DNA of 64,000 nucleotides from an uncultured Verrucomicrobiota bacterium (GTDB lineage Bacteria; Auribacterota; JABMQX01): NCBI GenBank assembly GCA_964482435.1, contig CAYZXL010000006.1, positions 64,661 to 128,660 of the forward strand, read 5' to 3'. Shown piece by piece: positions 1 to 8,353 of this stretch (position 1 is its first letter; each line of letters starts with the position of its first letter). The notes under the pieces were generated by a model. It saw only the letters and a program-made list of their open reading frames with translations, ran no database searches and was not told where the DNA came from. The position numbers and the translations under genes were made by a program.

Positions 1-333
1 AGGCCACAGTTCAAATACGGCAACCTGGATTTCTTTCCGATTCCCATGAGGGCGGTGATTTCTGCAGGCGGGATGCGGATGGAGTTGGAGGTTAAGAACC
101 TCTCCAGGGGGAGAATAGCAAAGGATGTCTTTGAAATCCCGTCCGGTTATAAGCAGGAGAAGAGCCAGCACGCAGACGCGGGCCCGAGTAACCTGCCCAG
201 CTACGGCCCCCAAGGACAGCCTCCCTCGGAACCTCGCATGATTATCGTCAAGCCCACCAGGACCTCGACCCCGCAGCAAACCACAACGCGCCGCCCAACC
301 ACCGTGCGCACTCCCCAGCGAACAAGTACCTGA
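1..333 (+). CDS. 3' part of a hypothetical secreted protein (5' end outside the window); DUF4412-like tail plus a Pro/Thr/Gln-rich extension
   Basis: Frame 1 is open from base 1 (RPQFKYGNLDFFPIPMRAV...), continuing into track ORF 46..333. The segment LEVKNLSRGRIAKDVFEIPSGYKQ resembles the C-terminal strand of DUF4412-type proteins (by eye only). Confidence 0.45.
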   Translation, partial: RPQFKYGNLDFFPIPMRAVISAGGMRMELEVKNLSRGRIAKDVFEIPSGYKQEKSQHADAGPSNLPSYGPQGQPPSEPRMIIVKPTRTSTPQQTTTRRPTTVRTPQRTST

Positions 334-514
334 CCCAACAGAAGGTAACCCTGCCGGAGGCAGGGCATCAACACCGATCCTACCGCAAGGCTTGCGAGCC
401 TTCCCAGAGCCAATGCTTGCTCCCCACCTTCGCGAACGCGATGGCGTATCCTCCCGTTCCACGCGCGCCTCCGCAGATGAAGGGAAAGGACCACGTGGAG
501 GCGAGAGCAGGTGG

Positions 515-1636
515 ATGCGGGGAGCAACGGTCAGCAACGGAATCGTGACGAACTTTACGCCTGCGGAGACGAAGAGGTACGTCTATCTCGGCGGGTCCGG
601 AATAAGAGAGCTGGATAATACCTCTCCTCCCAACGCGCTGAAAGAATACGTTAGGTGTGGCTCTAACCTGGTGGCATGGGCATCTTGCCAATGTCAGTGC
701 GTCACGACATTGCTCACGGGCGAGACGCCCGTGCCACGAGAGGTCGGCGTCCCCGTGACGGCAGGGGTCGAGCCTGTGAATCTGCCGCTGACTCGGAGCC
801 TCACCCAGTACGTCAGGGGGCTTGACTTAGGAGGGGGGATCGGAGGTATCATTTATCAGAAGAAAGGGATGGATTATTATTACTACCACTACAACCACAA
901 GGGGGACGTGGTGGCTCTGACGGATGGAACTGGGAAGCTCGCAGCCTATTACGAGTACGATGCGTGGGGGAATACGATGACCCAAGCCCGAAAGAGCGGC
1001 GTGGACAACCCGTACCGCTACTCGACGAAGGAATGGGACGAGAAGTCCGGCCTCTCCTACTTCGGCGCCCGGTACTACTCCCCCGAAATCGGAAGATGGA
1101 CCCAGAGGGACCCACTGGGGGAGGTGGACGGGCTGAACCTATACGCGTACTGCAAAGCGGATCCAGCGGGGCGGCTTGACCCGCTCGGGCTGCAGTTCAT
1201 GCCGCCGATAATATTCACGCCCTCCGAGGACCTTGCGTTCCCGGACGCGAGGTACAGGCCGGCGCCGGGCCCGGAGCGTGAGGCGAGCAAGCGATGGTGC
1301 CTGGCACGATTCGAGACGTGCCTTGGGAACTGCATTGATGCCAATAGACTCGACCTGAATGAGTTTCTCGACTGGTGGGGCATCATCCAGGTCGGAGGCA
1401 ACCTGGTCTTCGGGGAGAAGGCGACACATTTGGGAAGAGGACAGCCCCTCACGAACTGGCAGCACAAGCTCTTCTGGTGGATCGGGCGAAGGATGGGCTG
1501 GGGTGAGGGGTTCATTCGTGTAGGGAGGGTGATCGGCAAGTGGGGCGTTGCGGCAACGGTTCTCGAGGGATGGTTTAAGCTCGGCGTGGAGCTGTACTGC
1601 GCCGGGGTGTGTGCCATCGATCCCGACGCTTTTTAG
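515..1636 (+). CDS. Orphan RHS/YD-repeat C-terminal fragment with RHS core tip and a variable toxin domain (CT1)
   Basis: Track ORF 392..1636. Carries YD repeats and the core motif YYYYHYNHKGDVVALTDGTGKLAAYYEYDAWGN...NPYRYSTKEWDEKSGLSYFGARYYSPEIGRWTQRDPLG...GLNLYAYCKADPAGRLDPLGL, followed by ~147 aa of unrelated sequence. No N-terminal RHS body lies upstream. The start is uncertain: ATG 515 is preceded by GGAGG, with ATG 392 as an alternative. Confidence 0.8.
   Translation: MRGATVSNGIVTNFTPAETKRYVYLGGSGIRELDNTSPPNALKEYVRCGSNLVAWASCQCQCVTTLLTGETPVPREVGVPVTAGVEPVNLPLTRSLTQYVRGLDLGGGIGGIIYQKKGMDYYYYHYNHKGDVVALTDGTGKLAAYYEYDAWGNTMTQARKSGVDNPYRYSTKEWDEKSGLSYFGARYYSPEIGRWTQRDPLGEVDGLNLYAYCKADPAGRLDPLGLQFMPPIIFTPSEDLAFPDARYRPAPGPEREASKRWCLARFETCLGNCIDANRLDLNEFLDWWGIIQVGGNLVFGEKATHLGRGQPLTNWQHKLFWWIGRRMGWGEGFIRVGRVIGKWGVAATVLEGWFKLGVELYCAGVCAIDPDAF
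670..738 (+). repeat. Copy 1 of GC-rich mini-hairpin repeat family R1, lying in-frame inside the RHS orphan
   Basis: ggtggcatgggcatcttgccaatg...cacgggcgagacgcccgtgccacg closely matches 41932-41986 and the reverse complement of 58471-58524. It contains the hairpin CACGGGCG-aga-CGCCCGTG. Confidence 0.7.
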
Positions 1637-1701
1637 GCCGAAAACCAGTGGAGACCGGTGAGGGCTGCGCGTCTGCGGCCCAGTTCAAGGGAACTCGGTT
1701 C

Positions 1702-2241
1702 ATGGCCGTGATCGAATTCCTCGCTCTCAGCGTTGCGCGGGTGCGGGCCGCCTTGTTGGTCGCGCCCGTCACAAGTGCCGACCCTCCGGTTATCGTGAGA
1801 GTGATATTGCTTGTGGCCTTCGTAGCGGTCCCGGTGCTGGCGGCAGTCCTGTGGTCCTGGCAGGCGAGACGCGGAAGGCTGGCAAGGGTTAGCACGCGCC
1901 AATCGCTGTCGCCTCGGGCTTTCTTCGATGAGTACTACGGCGATTCCGCCCTCGGTTCTGAGGAAGTGGGGGCGGCCATAAAGGAGGTTTCCGCCGTTTT
2001 GGGAGTTCCGGCAGGCGTCATTAGACCGTCCGACCGCTTTGACACTGAGCTCGCGCCCGCGCGCGGGTGGGAGTTTGATGATAGCGCCATTGAGCTTGCT
2101 TGGCGCCTGGAGCTAATGGCGAAGGAACGAGGCGTGTCGGTGGATTTGGTGCACATTCGGACCGTAGATGACTTCGTCCGGTGCTACTGCCGCCTGTTGC
2201 CAAGGGTGCCAAGCGCTGAAGAGGAGCCTGTTGGAATGTGA
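1702..2241 (+). CDS. Putative immunity protein 1: two N-terminal TM helices plus a soluble domain
   Basis: Track ORF 1609..2241. Internal ATG 1702 follows AAGGGA. Hydrophobic helices are MAVIEFLALSVARVRAALLVAPV and VIVRVILLVAFVAVPVLAAVLW. It sits immediately 3' of toxin tip CT1. The immunity function is inferred from position only. Confidence 0.5.
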   Translation: MAVIEFLALSVARVRAALLVAPVTSADPPVIVRVILLVAFVAVPVLAAVLWSWQARRGRLARVSTRQSLSPRAFFDEYYGDSALGSEEVGAAIKEVSAVLGVPAGVIRPSDRFDTELAPARGWEFDDSAIELAWRLELMAKERGVSVDLVHIRTVDDFVRCYCRLLPRVPSAEEEPVGM

Positions 2242-2371
2242 GTCTCGCGCGCGCGGTCGGCAGGAGGGCCGCGGAGGCCGAAGTCGGCGAAATTGCGGAA
2301 CGCGGCCTGGTTGGAACGCGAGGCAGTTGGGCTCAGGCAATGGTTTCGCACTGTGTCGCGCGAAAGGTGAG

Positions 2372-3127
2372 ATGAGTAATTCTGAGTCGGTTCTGAGTCG
2401 GTTCCTTACGAGCGGCGTGGAGAATCCGTACCGCTACTCGACGAAGGAATGGGACGAGAAGTCCGGCCTTTACTACTTCGGCTTCCGCTACTACTCCCCC
2501 GAAATCGGAAGATGGACCCAGAGAGAGCTTCTCAGGGGGGTAGATGGCCCGAACATGTACGGTTATGTCCGGAACCAGCCAACTAATCTTATCGATGCCC
2601 TCGGGATATACGGCCAGGCGACCCACGAGGACCTAACCGTGATGTTGGCGGAGCACGCGGGTTTCTCGGCAGAGCTGGCCGGGCAGGTAGGCAGGTGCAA
2701 CCAGGCGGTGGACGAGAAGTGGCCGGCCGCCGGCAGCCGCACCTGGTTCGAAGCCTATCACTTCCCATCTCGGAAACAGTTGGAGACTCTCGGGTCAAAA
2801 GCATTTGGTGATTGCGATCCGTGCGCGCTGGGAGTATATCTCCATGCCCTCCAAGACTCGTACGCCCACGCGGGATTCGGAGGGTGGTCGGGCCACGCTG
2901 AGTGGCCTTGGGCAGACCGCATGGGGCTGTATCCTGAGAAGGCGTATACGATGGCTCTGCACACGTATAGTGAGCTGTACCAATTTGCCAAAACATGCCG
3001 TTGCAAGGCCGGGCTTGAAGGCCGCATCGGAGAGCCAGAAAGGTGGTCCTCCTTCAGCTGGCAGGTGCGGCGCGCCATTCGGGAGGACACTCCGTTCGCC
3101 TTCTTCCCGGGAATGATACTGCCATAG
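2372..3127 (+). CDS. Orphan RHS core-tip cassette with a second, different toxin domain (CT2; His-rich putative metallohydrolase)
   Basis: Track ORF 2168..3127. ATG 2372 follows GAAAGGTGAG. The product begins MSNSESVLSRFLTSGVENPYRYSTKEWDEKSGLYYFGFRYYSPEIGRWTQRE...PNMYGYVRNQPTNLIDALGI, then continues with a new domain carrying ATHEDLT, AYHF and LHALQDSYAHAG motifs. Confidence 0.75.
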   Translation: MSNSESVLSRFLTSGVENPYRYSTKEWDEKSGLYYFGFRYYSPEIGRWTQRELLRGVDGPNMYGYVRNQPTNLIDALGIYGQATHEDLTVMLAEHAGFSAELAGQVGRCNQAVDEKWPAAGSRTWFEAYHFPSRKQLETLGSKAFGDCDPCALGVYLHALQDSYAHAGFGGWSGHAEWPWADRMGLYPEKAYTMALHTYSELYQFAKTCRCKAGLEGRIGEPERWSSFSWQVRRAIREDTPFAFFPGMILP

Positions 3128-3142
3128 CGGGGCAGACGGTCT

Positions 3143-3895
3143 ATGGACCCAAAGGTGCAGAAGGAACCCGTCCAAACTTGGACCGTGCCGGGCACCGCAG
3201 CTCGGGCTTGTGCTACGCTTTGGTACTTTAGCGTTAGCATCCTCGTTACTTACGCTACTTACGCCACGGCGGAGCGTAGCCGCGGGCTTGTTGCCTCGGC
3301 TCTACCAGCAGCGCTAGTGGTCTTCTATTTCGCAGGCTGGCGCGGTTCGCGCGTTCTTGCGGCGCTGCGGGGGCTTGAGGCCCGAGGTGCCTTCTGGAAG
3401 AAGCACTGGTGTGCGGCGCACGTAGGAGCCGCGGGCGGCTTCTTGTGGCTTGGGTGCTTCGTCCTCGGAACGCGGTCTCCGTCCTTCCTGCCTTTGTATG
3501 TGTTCTTCTTGCCCCTGTATGTCTGGCACGCGTGGAACCCCGGAATGGTCGCGCTGGCCGACTACGTTTGGCTGCTCGTTGGCGTAAATGGCGTGTACGT
3601 TGCGGTCGGAGCTTTGGCGGACGCGGTCCGCCGGACGACAAACCCACATCGCCGCGGGGCCCTTCTGCTCTCGGCCGGGGCCTTAATCTCTATGTTCATG
3701 GCTGCCTTCGTGGCGCGCTCGAGACAGCCCGACCCCAGCCGGCTCTATCCCTCAAGTACGGAGCTCTCGGCCGTGGTTGCACTCTACTCCGTGCTCGCGG
3801 GCGCCCTGGTGGCTCTGGCGGTCGGCACTTGGTGGCGTGGGTGCGGAAAACATCGGCATATCGACAGAGGTCCACATGCCGACCTTGGAGGGTGA
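3143..3895 (+). CDS. Polytopic inner-membrane protein, putative immunity protein 2
   Basis: 250-aa ORF with about 6-7 hydrophobic segments (WYFSVSILVTYATYA, LVASALPAALVVFYFAGW, GGFLWLGCFVLG, FLPLYVFFLPLYVW, VWLLVGVNGVYVAVGAL, ALLLSAGALISMFMAAFV, AVVALYSVLAGALVALAVG). It lies directly 3' of CT2. Confidence 0.55.
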   Translation: MDPKVQKEPVQTWTVPGTAARACATLWYFSVSILVTYATYATAERSRGLVASALPAALVVFYFAGWRGSRVLAALRGLEARGAFWKKHWCAAHVGAAGGFLWLGCFVLGTRSPSFLPLYVFFLPLYVWHAWNPGMVALADYVWLLVGVNGVYVAVGALADAVRRTTNPHRRGALLLSAGALISMFMAAFVARSRQPDPSRLYPSSTELSAVVALYSVLAGALVALAVGTWWRGCGKHRHIDRGPHADLGG

Positions 3896-4249
3896 GGTAT
3901 CGGTTACCAGAAGAAAGGGGCGGATTATTACTACTACCACTACAACCACAAGGGGGACGTGGTGGCTCTGACGGACGGAAATGGGAAGCTCGCCGCCTTC
4001 TACGAATACGATGCTTGGGGAAACGTGATGACCCAAGCCGAAAAGACTGGTGTGGACAACCCGTACCGCTACTCGACGAAAGAATGGGACGAGAAATCGG
4101 GTCTCTATTACTTCGGCTTCCGCTACTACTCCCCCGAAATCGGAAGGTGGACGCAAAGAGACCGCCACGGAGTTGGCAGCGGTCTGAACCTCTACGCGTA
4201 CGTGGGTGGCGAGCCGGTTTCCACGTTGGACACCTGCCGGACGTGGTAG
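3896..4249 (+). pseudogene. Third RHS core-tip cassette, a decayed remnant with no toxin domain
   Basis: RHS homology resumes in-frame at the codon after the TGA of the preceding gene: GIGYQKKGADYYYYHYNHKGDVVALTDGNGKLAAFYEYDAWGN...NPYRYSTKEWDEKSGLYYFGFRYYSPEIGRWTQRD. The usual DPxGL end is degenerate (EPVSTLDTCRTW*) and no CT follows. There is no start codon before 3959. About 250 nt are ~85-90 % identical by eye to 871-1120. Confidence 0.65.
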
Positions 4250-4351
4250 GGGGCTGCTCTTCGGCCGCGCCCAAGACCCCCGTTGCGGGGCCGCCCGCGC
4301 CGCGACTGCGGACGGAATCACCCGTTCTTCTCCGTGCGCGAACCTGACTTC

Positions 4352-7300
4352 TCAGTTAGAGGCCGGCGCCACGGCTGCTTCGGCCGAAAATTCCGGGGAA
4401 GCCTCCGCTCGCCGTACGGAAGCTTCCCCTCTCCCCCGGGTCAACTTTGCGGAAACCACCTTGGATTTTCCGCTTTCCTCCATGGTGATGCCATAGAGGA
4501 CGTCGGAGGCGGCAATGGTTCTCTTGTTGTGGGTGATGATGATGAATTGAGAGTTCCGGGCGAACTCGCGGAGAACCTCGGCGAACCGCATGATGTTGGA
4601 GTCGTCGAGCGGCGCGTCAATCTCGTCGAGAATGCAAAACGGGCTTGGCTTGACTTTGAAAATGGCGAAAAGGAGGCTGATGGCGGTCATAGCTCGCTCA
4701 CCGCCGGAGAGAAGAGAAATGCTCTGAAGCTTCTTGCCGGGCGGGCGGGCGATGATTTCGATTCCGCTTTCTAAGATGTCGGATTCGTCCACGAGAACGA
4801 GGTCGGCCCTTCCACCGCCGAAAAGGCGCTGGAACATGGTCTGGAATTCTTCGCGGATTTTCTCGAATGTGTCGCGGAAAAGGACTTTGCTTTCGCGGTC
4901 GAGCCTTGCGATGGCTTTGTGGAGAGATTCCCTCGCCTCAACCATATCCGACTGCTGAGCAGTGAGGAAATCGTAGCGGTTCTTGAGAGTCTCGTATTCT
5001 TCGATGGCGCAGAGGTTGACGGGTCCCATGAGCTGGAGCTTTTGCTTCAGGTCGCCAACCCTCTCCTGGATTTGCCGCCAGTCCGTTTCGTCGGGAAGTG
5101 GAACGGCTTTCGGGTCATCGTGCCTCAAGGCGTATTCGGCCATGAGGCGCTCGTCAATGCTGTTCATCGAGAACCGAATTTCAGTGAGCTTGAGATCGAG
5201 GGCGGAGATTTCTTTTTCGCGCTCGTGGGCGGCGTTGGTCTTCTCCTTTATTTCCCACTCGAGCTGAGTGAGTTCGTCAACGAAGGCTCTTCTTTTCTCG
5301 TCGAGCTTTTCGATGGCGGTAGTGACTTCGTCTTTTTGGGTGGTGAGGGAGGCGATCGCTTTTCGGCACTCCTCGACTTCCCTGAGGAGGTTGCTGATCT
5401 GGGTTTTTCCTTGCTCGGTCTGGCGCGCGCGGCTTTCGACTTCCCTTTCGGTGAGGTCGAGTTGCCCACGCATATACTCCATTTCGTTCTGAAGGTTGGC
5501 GATTCGCTCGTCATAGGAACCTTTAGCAAGAGCGATTTCCGCGACGTCTCTCTTGATGGAGGCGACATCCTTCTCGGCACTGTCAACCGTCGCGCCGGCG
5601 AAGGAAATCGCCCGTTCCAACTCGGCATGCTGGTCGCCGACGACACGATTCTCCTCGCCGAGAGATTTCCTCTGATCTTCGAGGCGCTTCTGTTCGGACT
5701 CGGTCTGGTTTTCCCGTGCGGTCGTTTCGTTTGCCTGGCCGGTGAGGGATTGAACGGCGGCAGAAAGGTCGAGCAAATCTCTTCCTGCTATTGCGAGTCG
5801 TTCCTCGGTCCTGGAGATGAGGGCGGTCTGCTCTTCGGACTTTTCCGTGAGGCTTTTCACGGCCTCAATGGAGTTGTTTTCCCGTGCGCGGAGGTCGTTA
5901 AGCATTTCTCGTTGTTTTTCTTCCTCGGCGGCGAGGGCGGCGATGCGCGATTTCCTGCCCATGAAGCCGGGCGATGAACTGGACACTTTTCCGGCGGTGA
6001 GGACGAACCCTTTCTCGAGTTTCTCGCCGGAGGGGGCAACGAACGTCAGAGCAGAATTGCTCTCCGCGGCTAACGCCACGGCCTGTTCCAGGTCGGCAAC
6101 AAGGACGGTGTCACCGAGCAAGTATTCCACGGCTTTCTGATAACGCGGCTCGAAGGAAACGGCGTCCAGGAGAGGCGGGAAGACGGAGCCCTTTTCGTCC
6201 GAAAGGTTTCGGGCGGCATCTCTCGCTCCGTTGCCGTCGCGCACTACATCAAGGGGCAGAAAGGTGGCTCTTCCACGGGCTTTGTCCCGGAGAAACCCGG
6301 CAGCCCTCTTAGCGTCCTCGGTTGTCTCGGTGAGAATCCACTGAACCCGATTGTCCAGGGCGGCTTCGACAATGGCCTCATGTCCCGGCGAGACATCGAG
6401 AACGTCCGCGACTGTGCCGACGATTCCGGTCAGTTGTGACTTTTTGCGGTGCGACTCCTGAATGACCGACTGAACGCCGGCGTCATAGCCCTCGTGTCGC
6501 TCGACAGCCTCAGCGAGAAACCGTCGCTCGGAACCAATGCCCGAAACCGCAGCCTCTGCCCGGAAAATCTCCGTGCGGATGTTCTGTAGGCCGTCCTGAG
6601 TCTCCTTCAGGCCGGCGCGAAGAGCAGCAAGTTCGTCCTTTTCACTGCGGAGTTGCAGACTAAGAGCTTCCTTGTTCTGCTGGCGTGCGTGGTGTTCCTG
6701 TTCCTTCTGCTGAAGCGCCGCAAGGGTCTCACCTTTCTGACGGCGAAGCGTGGCGAGCGTTTGTTCGTTGTGGCCGTGCCTCTCGTTGAGAGAAGAAAGG
6801 CTGGCGCGGATTTCGGTCTCTCGTCGAATGACATCAAGGAGCCGACCGGATAGGTCTCCTGACTTCGCCTCGGATTTGCGGAGTTGTGCGAGTGTTCCTT
6901 CCAGTTCGTCTTCTCTCTTTTTGAGTCTTTCAGTGCAATTTGCCCGGTCCTGACAGAGCTTGTCCAGGCTCTTCTGCTTTTCGCTTATCGCGCTGCGGAG
7001 GGCTGCGGCTTTCTGCTGCATTCCCCTGATTTCTGCCGAAACGTTTTCGGCGAGGGAACGCGTATCTGCGATTCGCTGCTCGTGGAGGGAGATGTTTCCC
7101 GATTCGCGGTCAATGCTCCTCAGGAGGTCGAGCTTTCTGGACTGCAATTCCTCGTGCCGCAACTGGGAGCTCTGAAGCTCCGCCCGTGCCTGGCGGGCGC
7201 GCGCCTCCCGCTCCTCGACCTCCGCAGCCAGTCTCCGGATGACCTCCTGGACCGCATCGCGTTCCTTCTCCAGCGACTTCATCTCCTTAGCAAACTGAGC

Positions 7301-8002
7301 CCGTTTGTGAAGGAGAAACCCCACCTCGAGGCCCTGGAGCTCATCGGCAAGTTCTTTGTACCGGTGGGCCTTTCCGGCATGGCGCTGAATGGAAATGATT
7401 TGCCTTTTGACCTCGCGTATCAGGTCGCCGAGGCGCAGGAGATTGCTTTCGGTTCCTTCCAGCCTTCGGAGTGCTTCCTTCTTCTCCGCCTTGTATTTGC
7501 TGATGCCGGCGGTCTCGTCGAAGAGGAATCTTCGGTCCTCAGGCCTGGAGCTGAGGATGAGTTCGATGCTGCCCTGCTGGACGTAGGAATAGGACTGAGT
7601 GCCTAATCCGGTGTCCATGAAGACCTTATGGACGTCTTTGAGACGGCAGGGTTGCTTGTTGAGGAAATACTGGCTTTCGCCGGAACGAAACAGACGGCGG
7701 GAAACGGTTACCTCGTTTCGCTGACCGTCGGTCAAGCCCTTCGCGTTGCCCAGCGTCAGATGGACCTCCGCCATCCCCAGCGGGTCCAGTTTAGCCGAGC
7801 CGGCGAAGATCAGGTCCTCCATAAGACCCCCGCGCAGAGACCTAGCGCTTTGCTCGCCGAGGACCCACCGAATGGCGTCGGAGACGTTGCTCTTGCCGCA
7901 GCCGTTCGGGCCGACAATCGCAGTAATGCCCGGCTCAAACCCGATTACCGTTCGCTCGGCGAAGGACTTGAACCCGACAAGTTCAAGACATTTGAAGTAC
8001 AC
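4352..8002 (-). CDS. smc: Chromosome partition protein Smc
   Basis: 1216 aa. N-terminal Walker A (FKSFAERTVIGFEPGITAIVGPNGCGKSNVSDAIRWVLGEQS), long coiled coils, a hinge, and a C-terminal signature/Walker B (LSGGERAMTAISLLFAIF...FCILDEIDAPLDDSN). Confidence 0.97.
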   Translation of the reverse strand: MYFKCLELVGFKSFAERTVIGFEPGITAIVGPNGCGKSNVSDAIRWVLGEQSARSLRGGLMEDLIFAGSAKLDPLGMAEVHLTLGNAKGLTDGQRNEVTVSRRLFRSGESQYFLNKQPCRLKDVHKVFMDTGLGTQSYSYVQQGSIELILSSRPEDRRFLFDETAGISKYKAEKKEALRRLEGTESNLLRLGDLIREVKRQIISIQRHAGKAHRYKELADELQGLEVGFLLHKRAQFAKEMKSLEKERDAVQEVIRRLAAEVEEREARARQARAELQSSQLRHEELQSRKLDLLRSIDRESGNISLHEQRIADTRSLAENVSAEIRGMQQKAAALRSAISEKQKSLDKLCQDRANCTERLKKREDELEGTLAQLRKSEAKSGDLSGRLLDVIRRETEIRASLSSLNERHGHNEQTLATLRRQKGETLAALQQKEQEHHARQQNKEALSLQLRSEKDELAALRAGLKETQDGLQNIRTEIFRAEAAVSGIGSERRFLAEAVERHEGYDAGVQSVIQESHRKKSQLTGIVGTVADVLDVSPGHEAIVEAALDNRVQWILTETTEDAKRAAGFLRDKARGRATFLPLDVVRDGNGARDAARNLSDEKGSVFPPLLDAVSFEPRYQKAVEYLLGDTVLVADLEQAVALAAESNSALTFVAPSGEKLEKGFVLTAGKVSSSSPGFMGRKSRIAALAAEEEKQREMLNDLRARENNSIEAVKSLTEKSEEQTALISRTEERLAIAGRDLLDLSAAVQSLTGQANETTARENQTESEQKRLEDQRKSLGEENRVVGDQHAELERAISFAGATVDSAEKDVASIKRDVAEIALAKGSYDERIANLQNEMEYMRGQLDLTEREVESRARQTEQGKTQISNLLREVEECRKAIASLTTQKDEVTTAIEKLDEKRRAFVDELTQLEWEIKEKTNAAHEREKEISALDLKLTEIRFSMNSIDERLMAEYALRHDDPKAVPLPDETDWRQIQERVGDLKQKLQLMGPVNLCAIEEYETLKNRYDFLTAQQSDMVEARESLHKAIARLDRESKVLFRDTFEKIREEFQTMFQRLFGGGRADLVLVDESDILESGIEIIARPPGKKLQSISLLSGGERAMTAISLLFAIFKVKPSPFCILDEIDAPLDDSNIMRFAEVLREFARNSQFIIITHNKRTIAASDVLYGITMEESGKSKVVSAKLTRGRGEASVRRAEASPEFSAEAAVAPASN

Positions 8003-8156
8003 TCTCTATCCTCCTGCGAGTAGAGAGTGGCACTTCACCCTCTGGTCGAGCCGACAATATACCTCAAGCGACGCTTTTTGTAAACAAAAAAATCAGGGTT
8101 TTCGATAACCTCTCACTTATTGGCGGCGGAAGTCGGAAGGAAGAAGCCAGAAGTTA

Positions 8157-8242
8157 GACAGGATAACAGGATGGACCGGATAATCCTGAGAATCCTGTTA
8201 ATCCTGTCCGAGATCCCTCTGCGGTCTCTGCGTCCTCTGCGG
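8157..8242. repeat. Composite intergenic repeat: octamer-based inverted repeat (R4) followed by tandem nonamers (R3)
   Basis: GACAGGATAACAGGAT (8157-8172) pairs with ATCCTGTTAATCCTGTC (8192-8208). This is followed by ccCTCTGCGgtCTCTGCGtcCTCTGCGg (8215-8242). Units related to GTYCTCTGC/GCAGAGRAC recur at 15134, 17213-17274 and 20390-20449. Confidence 0.6.
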
Positions 8243-8353
8243 TGAGTCCCCCCAAGACTGAGGCCCTACGGCTTTTGTATTCGCCGCTCCAGTCTCGCGG
8301 CGTACCGTTGGCGACAGTGACTTTCCGGAACCGGTATCCAGGCCCGGGGAAGA

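Noticed and set aside
2589-4347. ORFs 2589..2996(-), 2758..3240(-), 3255..3649(-), 3409..4347(+) and 3696..4321(-) across the RHS cassette region
   Set aside because: Their Arg/Pro/Gly-rich translations have no motifs and overlap the better-supported RHS-tip and membrane-protein frames.
4283-8108. Many 60-350-aa plus-strand ORFs overlapping smc (for example 4919..5977, 6884..7606, 7628..8023)
   Set aside because: They are antisense or out-of-frame to an unambiguous smc reading frame. Their low-complexity composition (L/F/E/G-rich mirror of a coiled coil) is typical of spurious ORFs in GC-rich DNA.
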